From NCBI GenBank assembly GCA_951406725.2, contig OX597839.1, positions 36,580,001 to 36,644,000 on the forward strand: a stretch of 64,000 bases of DNA, in the 5' to 3' direction. Position 1 is the stretch's first letter. Every line of letters starts with the position of its first letter. Position numbers and translations under genes: made by a program. The DNA comes from Octopus vulgaris (lineage: Eukaryota). The notes under the pieces are model-generated. The model did not search any database and was not told the origin of the DNA. It saw nothing but the letters and a program-made list of their open reading frames with translations. Below are positions 37,399 through 48,757 of the stretch, piece by piece.

Positions 37399-37958
37399 AG
37401 GAGTGGCTGTGTGGTAAGTAGCTTGCTAACCAACCACATGGTTCCGGGTTCAGTCCACATGGTTCTGGCAAGTGTTTCTGCTATAGCCCCGGGCCGACCA
37501 ATGCCTTGTGAGTGGATTTGGTAGACGGAAACTGAAAGAAGCCTGTCGTAGTGGCTGTGTGGTAAGTAGCTTGCTAACCAACTACATGGTTCCGGGTTCA
37601 GTCCCACTGCGTGGCATCTTGGGCAAGTGTCTTCTGCTATAGCCCCGGGCCGACCAATGCCTTGTGAGTGGATTTGATAGATGGAAACTCAAAGAAGCCT
37701 GTCGTATATATATATATTTATATATGTATGTGTGTGTGTTTGTGTGTCTGTGTTTGTTCCCCTAGCATTGCTTGACAACCGATGCTGGTGTGTTTACGTC
37801 CCCGTCACTTAGTGGTTCGGCAAAAAGAGACCGATAGAATAAGTACTGGGCTTACAAAGAATAAGTCCCGGGGTCGAGTTGCTCGACTAAAGGCGGTGCT
37901 CCAGCATGGCCGCAGTCAAATGACTGAAACAAGTGAAGGAGTAAAGAGTAAAGAGAGT
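37399..37958 (+). mobile_element. SINE family A with tandemly duplicated 5' head
   Basis: Head 37399-37550 is followed immediately by a complete second copy starting GTGGCTGTGTGGTAAG at ~37551. Confidence 0.88.
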
Positions 37959-38184
37959 GATTTTCGTATTTACCCTGTGTATGTAAGCATAAGCAGGAGA
38001 CTGTAGTCATTTGTTCATCATTTTCTGTGTTAGCTTAAAGACTTCTGTCTTTAAGATTGGCAATTCTTTAAAGTTCTTTTGTATCTGTAACTGCTCCAGC
38101 ACGCACCACACACGAATATATACACAAAGCGAATTTAAATCATACTTTCTTCTTTTTTGCTGAGGCATTGCAGTGAGTATCGTG

Positions 38185-38812
38185 TGCGAGCCACTCTCCG
38201 GCTATCTATCTGCGGCTTTATATAGCTATGGTAAGACCTCACCTGGAATTTGCATCACCGGTCTGGAACCCCTATCTTGCCCAGGATATCAATCGTCTGG
38301 AAGCCGTTCAGCGACGTGCAACCAAAAGAATACCCTCCATCAGGCATTTGCTATATTCTGAACGCCTTATTTCCCTGGGCATGGACACATTGAAACTCCG
38401 ACGTCTGGCAGCTGACTTGGCAGACACCCATAAAATTATCAACCATCGTACAAACAATAACTCTGAGCACCTTTTCAAACTCCACCCATGGACATATTTA
38501 CAAAGTCAGAAAACAGCACAGCTCCCATGACTTTAGGAAACATTTTTTCATGCTGAGAGTTGCTGAAACATGGAACAAACTGCCAGCATCAGTTGTTAGT
38601 TGTCAGAGCACTGCATCCTTCAAAACTTCCATGCTTCCTGAGATTCGCCAACATTACACCTGATTTTCTCCCCTCCATACACACACAAGCATGTATCTGA
38701 TTCATACATTGTTCACTTTCCAGACATTTGTACATTACTGCATATATGTTATATGCACTTTTGACAAGTTGTGGTGCACCTGAGCACAGTATACAATAAT
38801 TTCATTATTATT
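38185..38812 (+). mobile_element. 5'-truncated CR1-group LINE (ORF2 C-terminus and 3' UTR), frameshifted
   Basis: MVRPHLEFASPVWNPYLAQDINRLEAVQRRATKRIP...YSERL..LG..TL..RR, then in another frame RKHFF..RV..TWNKLP..VV; stop at 38661-38663; (ATT)n tail. Confidence 0.9.
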
Positions 38813-39019
38813 TTTATATTATAAACATACCAACCATTGACTCCTCTTGATTGTACATATAATTGTATCTTTTTTTTATTCACACATACAATGAGGAAAG
38901 CAGTAACAGTTAACAACAAAAAATAAAACATCTTATTTATCTCCCTAACAAGTGCGCACATTAAAAACACACCAACCATTGACTCCTTACATCTCTTGAT
39001 TGTACATATAATTGTATCT

Positions 39020-39397
39020 TTTCGAGAGGCAGTTGGATGGAACCTACACTCGCCTCCTTATGAGAGCTCAAAATCTCTCGTGGAAGCGTCATCCAACCAA
39101 AATGCAAATATATGGGAAACTACCACCTGTGTCATCTCTTGTGAAAGGTAGAAGAGTCCAGTTTGCTGGACATTGTTGTAGAGCTGAAAACGAGGCAATT
39201 TCTACTCTTCTCCTCTGGAAGCCATCTACTCGCAATACCAGAGGGCACACACTCTCCTACCCTGATGTAATCTCCAGGGATACAGGCATCCAGCAACAGG
39301 ACCTCCGTAATGCTATGATGGACTGTGAAGTCTGGCGTAGCATGGTAAATTCCATTGTCTTGACCATGGTCGAACAATGATGAATGATGATGATGAT
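39020..39397 (+). mobile_element. 5'-truncated RTE-group LINE 3' end
   Basis: LDGTYTRLLMRAQNLSWKRH...RRVQFAGHC.R...LLLWKP...AMMD.EVWR typical of RTE-type ORF2 C-termini; (GAT)n tail right after the stop. Confidence 0.85.
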
Positions 39398-39826
39398 CTT
39401 TTTGTACCTCTTGTGCTATCATACAGTTCTTCTGAAGTATTTAACTTTCAAGAATTGAAAAAAATGGTATGAAATTTCTTAACGCAGAAAAGGGATATGG
39501 AAAAGGGCCAAGAGAAATCCTTAAAAAAATCAGATTTTGTGCTTGTGAAAAATAACACAGATTAAAACTTGTAAAATATATCCAGGAACAGAACGCAGTA
39601 GTACGACAATCTAACTGTGACCTAGGCATCGATGTATTGTTAATAAACTCACTTTTCAACCATGTGGTTTTGGGTTCAGCCTCCACTGCACATCACCTTG
39701 AGCAAGTATCTTCTTCTATAGCTTCAGGCCAACTAATGAGTGAATTTGGTTGACAGAAACTGTGTAGAAGCCTATTGTATGTGTGCGTGTGTGAGTGTAC
39801 ACATGTGCATGTGTGTGTGTGTGTAT

Positions 39827-39884
<58 letters not shown>

Positions 39885-39887
39885 ATT

Positions 39888-40312
39888 ACTCTTTACTCTT
39901 TTACTTGTTTCAGTCATTTGACTGTGGCCATGCTGGAGCACCGCCTTTAGTTGAGCAAATCAACCCCAAGATTTATTCTTTGTAAGCCTAGTACTTATTC
40001 TATCAGTCCTAGTACTTATTCTTGCCGAACCACTAAGTTACGAGGACATAAACACACCACACACCACCATCGATTGTCAAGCGATGTTGGGGGGGGGGGG
40101 ACAAACACAGACACACAAACATATACACACACATACATACATATATATATACATATATACAACGGGCTTCTTTCAGTTTCCGTCTGCCAAATTCACTCAC
40201 AAGGCTTTGGTCAGCCCAAGGCTATAGTAGAAGACACTTGCTCAAGGTGCCATGCAGTGGGACTGAACCTGGAACCATGTGGTTGGTAAGCAAGCTACTT
40301 ACCACACAGCCA

Positions 40313-40315
<3 letters not shown>
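39888..40315 (-). mobile_element. SINE family A
   Basis: Tail ACTCTTTACTCTTTTAC to head CCACACAGCCACTC. Confidence 0.88.
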
Positions 40316-40381
<66 letters not shown>

Positions 40382-40395
40382 CAAATACAGTAACC

Positions 40396-40521
40396 TATGG
40401 TTCCGGGTTCCGGGTTCAGTCCCACTGCGTGGTATCTTGGGCAAGTGTCTTCTGCTATAGCCCCGGGCCGACCAATGCCTTGTGAGTGGATTTGGTAGAC
40501 GGAAACTGAAAGAAGCCTGTC

Positions 40522-40571
<50 letters not shown>

Positions 40572-40780
40572 TTGTCCCCCTAGCATTGCTTGACAACCGA
40601 TGCTGGTGTATTTACGTCCCCGTAACTTAGCAGTTCGGCAAAAGAGACCGATAGAATAAGTACTGGGCTTACAAAGAATAAGTCCCGGGGTCGATTTGCT
40701 CGACTAAAGGCGGTGCTCCAGCATGGCCGCAGTCAAATGACTGAAACAAGTAAAAGAGTAAAAGAGAGAGAGTAAAGAGT
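40396..40780 (+). mobile_element. SINE family A, 5'-clipped, inverted relative to its neighbour
   Basis: ATGGTTCCGGGTTCCGGGTTCAGTCCCAC ... GTAAAAGAGTAAAAGAG. Confidence 0.88.
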
Positions 40781-41278
40781 ATTGGAGAAACCTCAAGGAG
40801 TGTCTAAGCACAGCAGAAGAGAATACAATACTATAAGTTAGAGCAAGTAACATACAAGACATGGCTGACTGATAAGACTAGACATTCACTTGAGAAAGAG
40901 AAGAATAAAACGAAGACAAAAAGCAAAAATCTAAAGAACTGACAAAAATAGAGAGACGAAAAGGAAATAGGAAGAGCGGTTGAATGAGGAATGTGAGAAA
41001 GAGTGAGAAAGTATTCCTCAGGGATTCCCAAAGTGTGCAACCGAAATATCAAGCAACTGACAAATAGAAAGAGATAAAAATGGGAAATATGAATAATAAC
41101 GTGCAGGCATTGGCTGTGTGGTTAAGAAACTTGCTTAACAACGATGTGGGTTTCGAGTTCAGTCCCCACTGTGCAGTACCTCAGGCAAGTATTTTTTTTT
41201 ACTATAGCTCAGGGTCTGACCAATGTCTTGTAAGTGGATTTTGCGGACAAAAACTGTCTGGAAGGTCATGGTATATTA

Positions 41279-41332
<54 letters not shown>

Positions 41333-41517
41333 CACACACACACACACACAAAAACACACAGACATACACACACACATGTATATATGTCATTGTGTGTGTC
41401 TTTGTGTCTATATCTGTCAACTCATCCCACTGCTTGAAAACTGGTGTTGGTTTGTTTATGTCCCCGTAACTCAGCAGTTCAGCAAAAGAGACCACTAGAA
41501 TAAATATCAGACTTGAG

Positions 41518-41567
<50 letters not shown>

Positions 41568-41914
41568 GTACTTGGGGTTGATTTGTTTGGCTAAAATCCC
41601 TGAAGGTGGTGCCCCAGCATGACCACAGAGCAATGAATGAAGCAAAGGAAAGATAAATGATAAAAAAAATTGTGGTTGGATGAGGAATATGAGAATATCA
41701 AGAAACAATTCCTGAGGGATTCGCATAAAGTGTACCAAAATATGAAACAACTGAAATAAAGAACAAACCTACTTGTTCACAGAGCATTTAGATCTAAGAA
41801 GAGAGAGAGACTTAACAATGGTAAAAGATATAAAAAGTTCTTGGTAGATGATCTAAATATATCAGGGAGTTATTTATGTGATAGCAAAGAGTGGCACAGT
41901 CTATTTGGCTGCCA

Positions 41915-42316
41915 ACAGGTACCATATGAAGGTACTGTACACTTAGCTGTAAATGTGTATCAAATTTGGGCACAACCCACCTGGCTGTAAAGAGGTACCA
42001 TGTGGATTGATATGGTCCATCTTGTTGTTGATAGGTACCAAGTTCAAAGGTATACTCACTTAACTGTAAATAGGTACCTTGTGAATGTACAGTTCATCAC
42101 CACCACCACCACCATCATCATCATCATCGTTTAATGCCTCTTTTCCATGCTGGTAGGGGTTGTACAGTTGGACAGGAGCTGACAAGGCCAGGAGTTGCAC
42201 CAGGTTCCATAATCTATTCTGGTATAATTTCTAGTTCACCTAATTGTAAACAGGTACCATGCGAAGGTATAAATTATCTAGCTGTAAATAGGTACCAAAT
42301 AGAGGTACAATCTATC
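41915..42316. repeat. Degenerate ~37-40 bp minisatellite interrupted by a family C fragment
   Basis: Recurring AGGTACCA...AGCTGTAAA; insert at ~42097-42232 bounded by AGTTCA. Confidence 0.6.
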
Positions 42317-42318
42317 TA

Positions 42319-43015
42319 CGAGGTGGTACTAAAAAGTTCCCGGACTAGTTCTGTAGCATGCCAACAGATGGCAGCACATGATTGTGTGCACAGGGAGGGC
42401 TAGCAGTGACCTTCATGAGGCAATGTGCTGAGTGACATCACTGTGTTTACTTTGTAAGTTGTGAAATTTGTGTTTTTGTGGTCACGTGTATGCTGTAGTC
42501 TGTGATTTTTGTTATGGACAGGAAGTTGGAATAAAGAGCCAACATGAAACTTTGCGCTAAACTTGGGAAGTCTGCTTCAGAGACATTGAGCATGTTTCGG
42601 CAAGCTTACGGCAATGAGGCAATGGATCATAGCCAAGGTTTCGAGTGGCATGGGGGCTTCAAAAGCAGAAGAACATCCCTGGAACACAATGAGTGGTCTG
42701 GAAGACCTACCACAAGCGAACCCCTCAGAAATGTGGAGAAAATTCATCATTTTGTGCCTGAGGATCATCAGAAGCCAATCAACGATGTTTTGAAATGTTT
42801 GAGGGAGGACATTCGGTGAAAGCAACCAGATCTGTGGAACGCAAAGAACTGGATTCTTCATGATGACAATGTACCCTGTCACCAAACTCTTCTCATTTGT
42901 GAGTTCCTTGACAAAAACAATATGGTATCACTTCCACACCTGCCCTGTTCACCAGATTTAGTGCCTCTGTGAACTCTCATCTCTTCCCCCCATGATGAAA
43001 ATGCAGCTCAAAGAT
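42319..43015 (+). mobile_element. Internally deleted, inactive mariner (Tc1/mariner) transposon
   Basis: Starts TA|CGAGGTGG. Transposase remnants from ATG 42514: MDRKLE*RANMKLCAKLGKSASETLSMFRQAYG..EW..FK....SGRP (N-terminal HTH), then WILHDDNVPCH and PCSPDLVP (cf. HDNARPH, YSPDLAP). Stops present and the middle of the catalytic domain is missing. Confidence 0.92.
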
Positions 43016-43547
43016 AAACGTGACGTGATGGAAGGGAGATAATTCCTATTGCTTCATTATTACCCTAAATAGGGCACCACGTTGTCAGTTAACTTTTCCC
43101 AGCAAATTTCCCTTCGTTATAAAACTTATACTGAAAATAGACTCAATTCTCTTATATATTTAATTTTAATACACAAAATATAATTCATCTTTCAATTGAT
43201 TCAAATTATATTAAGTAGTATGTTGTATTTTTTCTGTTGTTCAAGCTTCCTGTATTTTACTAGTAATTAATTAGATTAATTAACCATAACTTAATTGCTT
43301 GTACAACGGATTGGAACATGAACTTTTCTTGAGATACGTTATCGAGGATGTAGACTACGTTTATTTTCATAAAATTTTTAAACAAAAACAAAAAGAAAAA
43401 AAATAATATTTAGGAGTTTCGGGTCATCTTCCTCCAATTTTTATTTATAGTTTTCCCCCGAAAAATTTGCTCGCATAATAATTCTTACACATTTTTGGTA
43501 CGAGGCCAGCAGTTTTAGGAGGACTGCTTGACTGGTACTTCTTTTTT

Positions 43548-43953
43548 GGCGATCTTCCGTCTCTAGTAGACCTTTCCGTCGATTTCCGTAAAAAAATTTT
43601 TTTTTTTACATATGGGCTTGCGGGAACTTTTGAAGTAATATACATACATATACACCGAGTAAAAAATTTCAGTTATCTCTCTCTTTCACACACACTAACA
43701 GAAGCACTTCACTTACACAACATACTGTCTGTCTCCCACACCCCATCAAACACACACACACACACACACACACATGTACATCAATGCTCCCATGCACGGT
43801 AACTTCAAAAGAATTTCCCTCATCATACAATCGCTTTCTCTTAGTGTCTTTCGCTCTCATTACTTCAAAAGTTCCCGCAAGCCCATATGTAAAAAAAAAA
43901 AAAAAATTTTTACGGAAATCGACGGAAAGGTCTACTAGAGACGAAAGATTGCC
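43548..43953. mobile_element. MITE/fold-back element with ~90-bp near-perfect TIRs
   Basis: GGCGATCTTCCGTCTCTAGTAGACCTTTCCGTCGATTTCCGT...GAAGTAAT (43548-43639) versus its reverse complement at 43859-43953; no clear TSD. Confidence 0.8.
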
Positions 43954-44524
43954 TATTACTCTCACTTTTCCACAAAGATTTTATTCAGATAATTTCCCTG
44001 AGTAAAAAAGAAAATAAGGTGGAAAGTGACAAGTTTCAGCTCAAAGGAAAAAAAAAAATTTTTTTTCGTTCTTCTTTTCAGGGGAAGGAAGGGCATTACA
44101 AAAATTTCTCCAAGTACTACTCCCTTTTTTCTTCCAAATTTTTATAATTTACAACCCCGAAGACATGAAAATGTCATTGAAAAAGTACACATTTAACACA
44201 GTCTAAAAGGAGAAGGAATGATACTTAAAAAAAAAAAAAATTAATATGGCGTTGCGAGGTTCCTTCTGAGTTTTGAAGCATCGCTCTTATATGTTCCCAG
44301 ACCATTAATTAAAATCCATACTGAAAATTAGTGACCCCGAATTCTACTAAATAAACCTGTCTTTCAATTCGCTCTCCCCATATAACCGTAATGTATAACA
44401 TCTAAAATATCTCCGGAGAATTTCAATTTTAATAATACGCAATTAACAAAATGAGTTAAGAGGGAGACTGGAATGATCCTGTAAAAAATTGTTTCAATAT
44501 TTTATCCCCCTCCACTACCTTGGG

Positions 44525-44852
44525 CAGTGATGTGGCAGATTCGTTAGCACGCTGGACAAAATGCTTAGCGGCATTTCGTCCGTCTTTTCGTTATGAGTTC
44601 AAATTCTGCCGAGGTCGACTTTGCCGTTTATCATTTCAGGATCGATAAAATGAGTATCAGTCGAGTACTGAGGTCGATGTAATGACGGCCGTGTGCCAAA
44701 AATTGAAACCAACGACGGGCTATCAGAAACGTTAGCACGCCGGGCGAAATGCTTAGCGGAATTTCGTCCATCTTTACGTTCTGAGTTCAAATTCCGCCGA
44801 GGTTGACTTTGCCTTTCATCCTTTCGGGGTCAATAAAATAAATACCAGTTGA
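44525..44852 (+). mobile_element. Two tandem SINE family B copies
   Basis: Repeated GTTAGCACG...GAGTTCAAATTC..CCGAGGT.GACTTTGCC. Confidence 0.8.
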
Positions 44853-45165
44853 ACTGAGTCGACCTGGATGGCATTTGAACTAAGAATGTAAAGTCGGAAG
44901 AAATGTCGTTAAACACTTTATCCGGTGCGGTTAAAGTATTAACAGATTCTAAAGACATATATGGCAAATGAGTTGTTATATAACAGAGAGAAGGTCAAAG
45001 AACATTCCATCTTTCAGTATTGTCTTGAGTTCAAATTCTGCCGAGGTCGATTTTTGCTTTTCATCCTTTCTGTTGACTTTCTGATAAGTCGAGCAGTTAG
45101 CTTCTACGTGGTCACTCAGTCTGCTAGAAACAGCAGCCTAGTCTCTTTCAAATCACAGCCATATA

Positions 45166-45397
45166 TATTTCTTTATTGCCCATGAGGGGCTAAACATAGA
45201 GGGGACAAACAAGGACAGACAAAGGGATTAAGTCGATTACATCGACCCCAGTACGAAACTGGTACTTTATTTATCGACCCCGAAAGGATGAAAGGCAAAG
45301 TCAACCTCGGCGGAATTTGAACTCAGAACGTAACGGCAGCCGAAATACCGCTAAGCATTTCGCCCGACGTGCTAACGATTCTGCCAGCTTGCCGCCC
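45166..45397 (-). mobile_element. SINE family B, full length with ~15-bp TSD
   Basis: AATCACAGCCATATA at 45151-45165 and AATCACTGCCATATA at 45399-45413. Confidence 0.9.
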
Positions 45398-47311
45398 TAA
45401 TCACTGCCATATATGAGGTGTTGCTTGTAGTCGTGATGTTGCTTCTAATTAATGGTGGTCTTAATTATGATTGTAGTGGTGGTGATGGGGTGAGGGTAGC
45501 TATGGAGTTGGGGTGGTAGTGGAGTAGAGGTGGGTGGAGGAGTTTCTGCTAATTCTTTGCCGTAAACGAAGAAGCACCCATGGCTCTTTCACGGTTGGAC
45601 TGAACTTTCTCCTCGCACCTTATTTTGCCTGGGAAAATTCTCTGAAAGAAATTTATGCAGAATAGTGAGTACATATTTATTTCATTATAATGCAGGCAAA
45701 TTTTTGAAGGGAGCAAAAATTGTAGGGTACGAAATTCCGAGGAAAAAAGCAACAAAACTTTTTCCAAAATTTTATGAAGATGATTGTAACCTCCATCATC
45801 GAAAATATATCTCTTGACCAGAAATGGCCTGAACTCTTTGCCTGAACACCCTCCCTGTACATAACTCCATGTCCCCCTACATGGCCTTGCTTTTTGCTTT
45901 TTGAGCCAAAAAATTAACTTAACTTAACTTAAAATAGCTTTCTATCGAAAATTATGGCGAAACAAATCGATGGGGCATCGTTCTGTAGTTATGCCGCTCT
46001 TATCTTATACTTCTATTATATTTCCATTTACAAATAGGTTGTTTTATCGGAATATAACCTCTCCCAGTACATGACTGTTATTTCATGCTGTCTTAGAGAC
46101 AATCTCTTTATTAAATCTTTAATATATTGTATTATTGCTAAATACTAATTACCACAAAACGTGGTCCTATCTGTTGCAAATATTAATAATTTGTGGTTAA
46201 TTAAATTAATTACCTCAGAAGAAAATTATAGAAGACTTTAATAATAAAAAAGAAAACAATTTGACTAATAAACAGTTTGAACCAACAGAAAAATTAATTA
46301 CACTTTGTGTATTAAAACTAAATATTGAGTTGTCATATAAATTCTTTTATAAATACTTGAAAAGACGTAAAATTTATTCAAATTTCAATAATAATAAGCA
46401 AAAGTTGTAGGGAGAAATAGAGCTATAAGAATCAATAAAAGACTTCGATAAAATATGTTTTGTATGTTAATTCAAATAATATTGGAAAAGAATTAAAATA
46501 GATGGAAAACCCCCGAAACAAACGAGTTTATGTGAGAAAGAAAGAGTGCGTGAGTGAGTGTTGGTCCTTTAATTATGAATCAATAGGAATTACCTCCCTT
46601 CCATCACATTTTAAGTTTGGTTTCACAGTTCGATCCTTATTGATTGCAACTCTCTTATTTCTATTTTATGTGTCCCTTCATTTAAAAAAATATATATATA
46701 GTTCCATGTGATTTGAAGGAAATTTGACATATTGAGAATGTAATAACTTTCTTGAGTGATATCAGTTTGTAGCAGCATTAGACGCAGCAAATGATTTTAG
46801 TTGAATGGAGGTAATCGATTGGTTAAAATTGCCGAAATGCTCGGATTTTCTGACGAAATATCTTACAAACTATAGAATTTTCTCAATAAAACCAAGAGAA
46901 AATGATGTTTTATAAACACATTCTACCAGTATACGAAGTTTAAAAGTGTTTAGTAACTAGAAATTGGGTTGACATCTGCCGTTCAAAAGGAAAAGATCCA
47001 GGGCATTCTACGACATATCATCAAAGAGACTCCTAATTCCAGCTGTGACCGCCCAATCTTTTATTGAGGCATAAGTGTATCTCGGACTACGTTATCGAAT
47101 GTGACCTCCCATGTTTTTGATGTTGTTTACTGTAGGTCGGTTCTAATCAGAGATTCCAGCCGTAGCTATCCCGTCTGTTAGGCTTATTAAAGGACTACAC
47201 TCACCAAACTTAACTATTTAACCCCTACATGTTGTGTTCAAATACAATCAAGCTAGACTTTACCTACCAATCTCTCCGATGACAAAGGGTACCAGACGTG
47301 TACATAATCAC

Positions 47312-47575
47312 GGTACTATTTAAGAAGAGTGGTCCCAGTGTGCGTACTCGAGAATCCGCGCCAGCCAGTCGTGACTAGTCGATCCTACAACGACTACCTA
47401 GCAAAGTAAATAAAACACTAAAACACAAAATAAATAAATTTTTTTACACAAAGTAAATAATTTTTTTAAAACAAAGTAAATAAAATACAGAAACAAAGTA
47501 AGGATCCACTAGTCACGACTAGCTAGCGCGGATGCGCGAGTACGCGCACCGGGACCACTCTTCTTAAATAGTATC
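47312..47575. mobile_element. Mutator (MULE)-type MITE
   Basis: Exact 9-bp TSD CATAATCAC (47303-47311 and 47576-47584); ~75-bp TIRs beginning G(G/A)TACTATTTAAGAAGAGTGGTCCC; interior of short CAAAGTAAATAA repeats. Confidence 0.85.
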
Positions 47576-48189
47576 CATAATCACATCAACTTCACAGTTA
47601 TGCAGATTTGAAACCGCGGTCTTATAATCAGAGTCGAATAACTCTAACCATTTGTCATTGAAATATGTTGACACTCTCTTTACTGTTTGATCTTCACACA
47701 GCAGGCGCTCCTAGGTATTCCCATCTCCCTCTGATCGTTCTTACGAGTCGATAATAGATCCTTATAAGTATTTAGTCTTTTTGCTAATGTAAATCTTTCA
47801 AGGCGAAACTCCCAGTGTTTTCGCAGTCCAATAACTGAAACAAGCGAAAGATATAAAAGAATCGAGAAATATGGAGATAAGGTCTATTAATGAGATATTT
47901 TGAAGTGAATTCTTTTATAAAATAGTAATGAATATATTGCATTCAGTGCTCAGGTGCACAGACAAATCGTCGGAAACGTTTAAAAGAAAGAACAACAATG
48001 ATAGCCAAAACATTAAGAGGTCGGCCTGGCAGAATCGTTTGCACGCCAAACAAAATGTCAAGTACTGTTTCTCCCGGCTTTATTGTCTTGAGTTCAAATT
48101 TTCCTGAAGTTGACTTTACCTTTCGGGGTCGATTAAAATAAATTGTTGTTGACCATCCCCTATCCCAAAATTTCAGGTTTTGTGCCTAT

Positions 48190-48598
48190 ACTCTTTTACT
48201 CTTTAACTTGTTTCAGTCATTTGACTGCGGCCATGCTGGAGCACCGCCTTTAGTCGACCAAATCGACCCCGGGTCTTATTCTTTGTAAGCCCAGTACTTA
48301 TTCTATCGGTCTCTTTTGGCCGAACCGCTAAGTGACGGGGACGTAAACACACCAGCATCGGTTGTCAAGCAATGCTAGGGGGACAAACACAGACACACAA
48401 ACACACACACATACATATATATCTATACATATATACGACAGGCTTCTTTCAGTTTCCGTCTACCAAATCCACTCACAAGGCATTGGTCGGCCCGGGGCTA
48501 TAGCAGAAGACACTTGCCCAAGATGCCACGCAGTGGGACTGAACCTGGAACCATGCGGTTGGTTAGCAAGCTACTTACCACACAGCCACTCCTGCGCC
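48190..48598 (-). mobile_element. SINE family A, full length, inserted at the tail of a diverged SINE B (~48020-48190)
   Basis: Complete family A sequence; the host tail TTGTGCCTAT...GTAGAAAG is split by it. Confidence 0.88.
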
Positions 48599-48757
48599 TC
48601 TATTTGTAGAAAGAAAAAAGAATGACAGCCAGAAATACATGATGAAACGTACATAATAAAACGCACGGAAAGCATTTTAGAAGGATGCAGGGTCTTAGTT
48701 TTTGATGCATTGGGTTAAAACTCCCTTAAATGATAAAAAGGCGGAAAGTATTACGTG

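Noticed and set aside
42514-43015. Active or domesticated mariner transposase
   Set aside because: In-frame stops, a large internal deletion removing part of the DDD domain, and no right TIR found.
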